Shown here: positions 48,265 through 49,871 of the stretch, piece by piece
Position numbering within the stretch: position 1 is the stretch's first letter
How the letters are laid out: every line of letters starts with the position of its first letter
Source: Actinomycetota bacterium
GTDB taxonomy: Bacteria > Actinomycetota > Acidimicrobiia > Spongiisociales > UBA4744
Assembly: GCA_013152275.1 (NCBI GenBank)
Contig: JAADGS010000081.1
Coordinates: 1-49,871, forward strand
Reading direction: 5' to 3'
DNA length: 49,871 nucleotides
Made by a program: the position numbers and the translations under genes
The notes under the pieces: model-generated
Told to the model about the DNA's origin: nothing
What the model saw: only the letters and a program-made list of their open reading frames with translations
The model's database searches: none

Positions 48265-49023
48265 TCAGCTCTTCCTGAACAACTGCATGCCTGCGGCGAC
48301 GACGAGGAGTCCCGAGAAGAGCAACTGGAGCGTCGGGCCGGCGAGACTGAACGCCAGGAGCGCACCGAGCAACACGCCGACAATGCTGCCGGCACCGAGG
48401 ACGAGAGCGATCGGGATGTCCACTCGGTGGGCTCGGTAATGGACGATGGCAGCCGATGCTGCAGTCGGAACGATGGCCACCAGCGACGTTCCTTGTGCGA
48501 TGTGCTGCTCGAGGCCGAAGACGAGGGCAAGGATCGGCACGTAGACGAGTCCTCCTCCGAGGCCGAGCATCGACATCAAGGCGCCTGTTGCCATGCCGAG
48601 GAACACGATCGCGATCATGGTTCCGACGGTGTCTTCGACACGTTCGAGGCCGGCGACCGTTCCGAGTCCGCCGAGCGCGAGCCTGATCGCTGCGATGACG
48701 GCGACCAGCACGAACAGTGCCTTGAGCCATTTCGACGGCACCTTGCCCATGACCGTTGCGCCGGCGAACGCTCCGAGAATCGCTCCGGCGGCAAGGAGCC
48801 CACCTGAACGCAGATCCGCCGCTCCTCCATCGAAGAAGAGAATCGCTCCCGTGCCGGCCGTCACGACGACCGCAGCGGACGATGTCGCGTGGGCGCGGTG
48901 TTGCTCGAAGCCAAGGACGAGGACGAGGCCAGGGACAAAGATGAGACCTCCGCCGATGCCGAACAGCCCGCTGGCAACTCCTGCCATGATTCCGATGAGG
49001 GCTGCCGTGAGGGTTTGCGACAT
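48265..49023 (-). CDS. TauE/SafE (TSUP) family membrane transporter
   Basis: Duplicated G..SG..G.GGG...VP.L....G.EQH.A..TS halves. Confidence 0.92.
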   Translation of the reverse strand: MSQTLTAALIGIMAGVASGLFGIGGGLIFVPGLVLVLGFEQHRAHATSSAAVVVTAGTGAILFFDGGAADLRSGGLLAAGAILGAFAGATVMGKVPSKWLKALFVLVAVIAAIRLALGGLGTVAGLERVEDTVGTMIAIVFLGMATGALMSMLGLGGGLVYVPILALVFGLEQHIAQGTSLVAIVPTAASAAIVHYRAHRVDIPIALVLGAGSIVGVLLGALLAFSLAGPTLQLLFSGLLVVAAGMQLFRKS

Positions 49024-49062
49024 GGTTCATTGAGTGTAGAAGCCCGCGCTATCGTCACCCTG

Positions 49063-49758
49063 ATGTCGCGTCTCCTTGCCCTTGTCGTCGTGGCAACACT
49101 CGTGGTTGGCTGTTCGGCGCCGTCCGGGGAGTCGACGACAACGACCACTACCACGGTGCTCGGTGCCGAGACGCCCGACGGTGCGCTACGCGATCTCTTG
49201 TCCGCCATCGGCGACGGCGATCTCGCCAGGGCGAGTGAGCTGACGGACGATGAGCAGGTAGCTCTTCTCATCGCCTTGGACGGAGCCACGTTGTCCGAGG
49301 CGACGGGCATGATCGAGGACGGGATTCCGGAAGCATCCCTGGCCGCTTTCTGGACATCGTTCCAGGACACGTACGGACGGAACGTTCGGGAAGGACTCGG
49401 TGACATGTTGGTGGCTGCGGGGCCGAGGGTGACCATAGATGGCGTGGAGTTCGCCAATGTGGAAGTGGCTCTGCGAAAGGACAGCGGGCTGGCTCGCTGG
49501 ATCGCCTACCGGGACGAGAACGGTCGGTGGAGAATAGATCTCTTTGCCACGTTCGGTCCGACCGTGGCTCTACCCATGCGTCTGTGGCTTACGAGGCAGC
49601 CTGATGATCCAGACATTCGCGTCGTGAGGGGCGCGATCGCGGCTCAAAGGCCAAGCCTTCTTGCCGCGCTCCAGCAGCAACCTCTCGGACCGATCTCCCC
49701 GGGCGTGGCCGAGCAGATCAGGGGGCTACTGGGTGATGTGGGGGCAGCGACCCCTTGA
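49063..49758 (+). CDS. Hypothetical lipoprotein
   Basis: MSRLLALVVVATLVVGC lipobox followed by a Thr-rich linker. Confidence 0.75.
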   Translation: MSRLLALVVVATLVVGCSAPSGESTTTTTTTVLGAETPDGALRDLLSAIGDGDLARASELTDDEQVALLIALDGATLSEATGMIEDGIPEASLAAFWTSFQDTYGRNVREGLGDMLVAAGPRVTIDGVEFANVEVALRKDSGLARWIAYRDENGRWRIDLFATFGPTVALPMRLWLTRQPDDPDIRVVRGAIAAQRPSLLAALQQQPLGPISPGVAEQIRGLLGDVGAATP

Positions 49759-49760
49759 AA

Positions 49761-49817
49761 CTTTGAACCCAGGGCTCAGGGGGGTCGCCACGACCCCCCT
49801 GAGCCCTGGGTTCAAAG
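49761..49817. repeat. Palindromic repeat family A, copy 2 (perfect 27-bp stem)
   Basis: CTTTGAACCCAGGGCTCAGGGGGGTCG-cca-CGACCCCCCTGAGCCCTGGGTTCAAAG. Confidence 0.9.
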
Positions 49818-49871
49818 GAGGCGAGGCGTGAAGGCGCCGTGAGCGATCCGGGCGGGCTACGCGAGATACTC

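Overview
High-GC chromosomal segment, most likely from an actinobacterium; Acidimicrobiia is a guess, based on the WhiB protein, homodimeric AceE, ChoD-like oxidase and zinc-ribbon gene. The main feature is a ~12.8 kb electron-transfer cluster (4960-17775) carrying 53 heme-binding motifs (52 CxxCH plus 1 CxxxCH). It comprises a split-type Rieske/cytochrome b complex whose subunit IV is fused to seven cytochrome c domains, NHL/TPR/SurA-like accessory proteins, three membrane-anchored 9-10-heme cytochromes, an Rrf2 regulator, a secreted 11-heme protein with Ig/Fn3-like domains, and a divergent, frameshifted hexaheme cytochrome with an OmcS-like motif layout. Together these suggest a monoderm extracellular electron transfer (possibly nanowire) system. 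The window also holds a selenocysteine (UGA + SECIS) formate dehydrogenase with a split, re-ordered alpha subunit, and a whiB7-like gene with its promoter and leader uORF beside an extra sigma-70 factor. Mobile and repeated DNA includes an IS1182-family element with a nonsense mutation, a 224-bp MITE-like insertion in a methyltransferase pseudogene and several REP-like palindromes. tRNA-Val(TAC) and housekeeping genes (aceE, pgi-HAD-gnd-zwf, maf, ccmH) complete it. All calls come from reading motifs by eye; no database searches were run.
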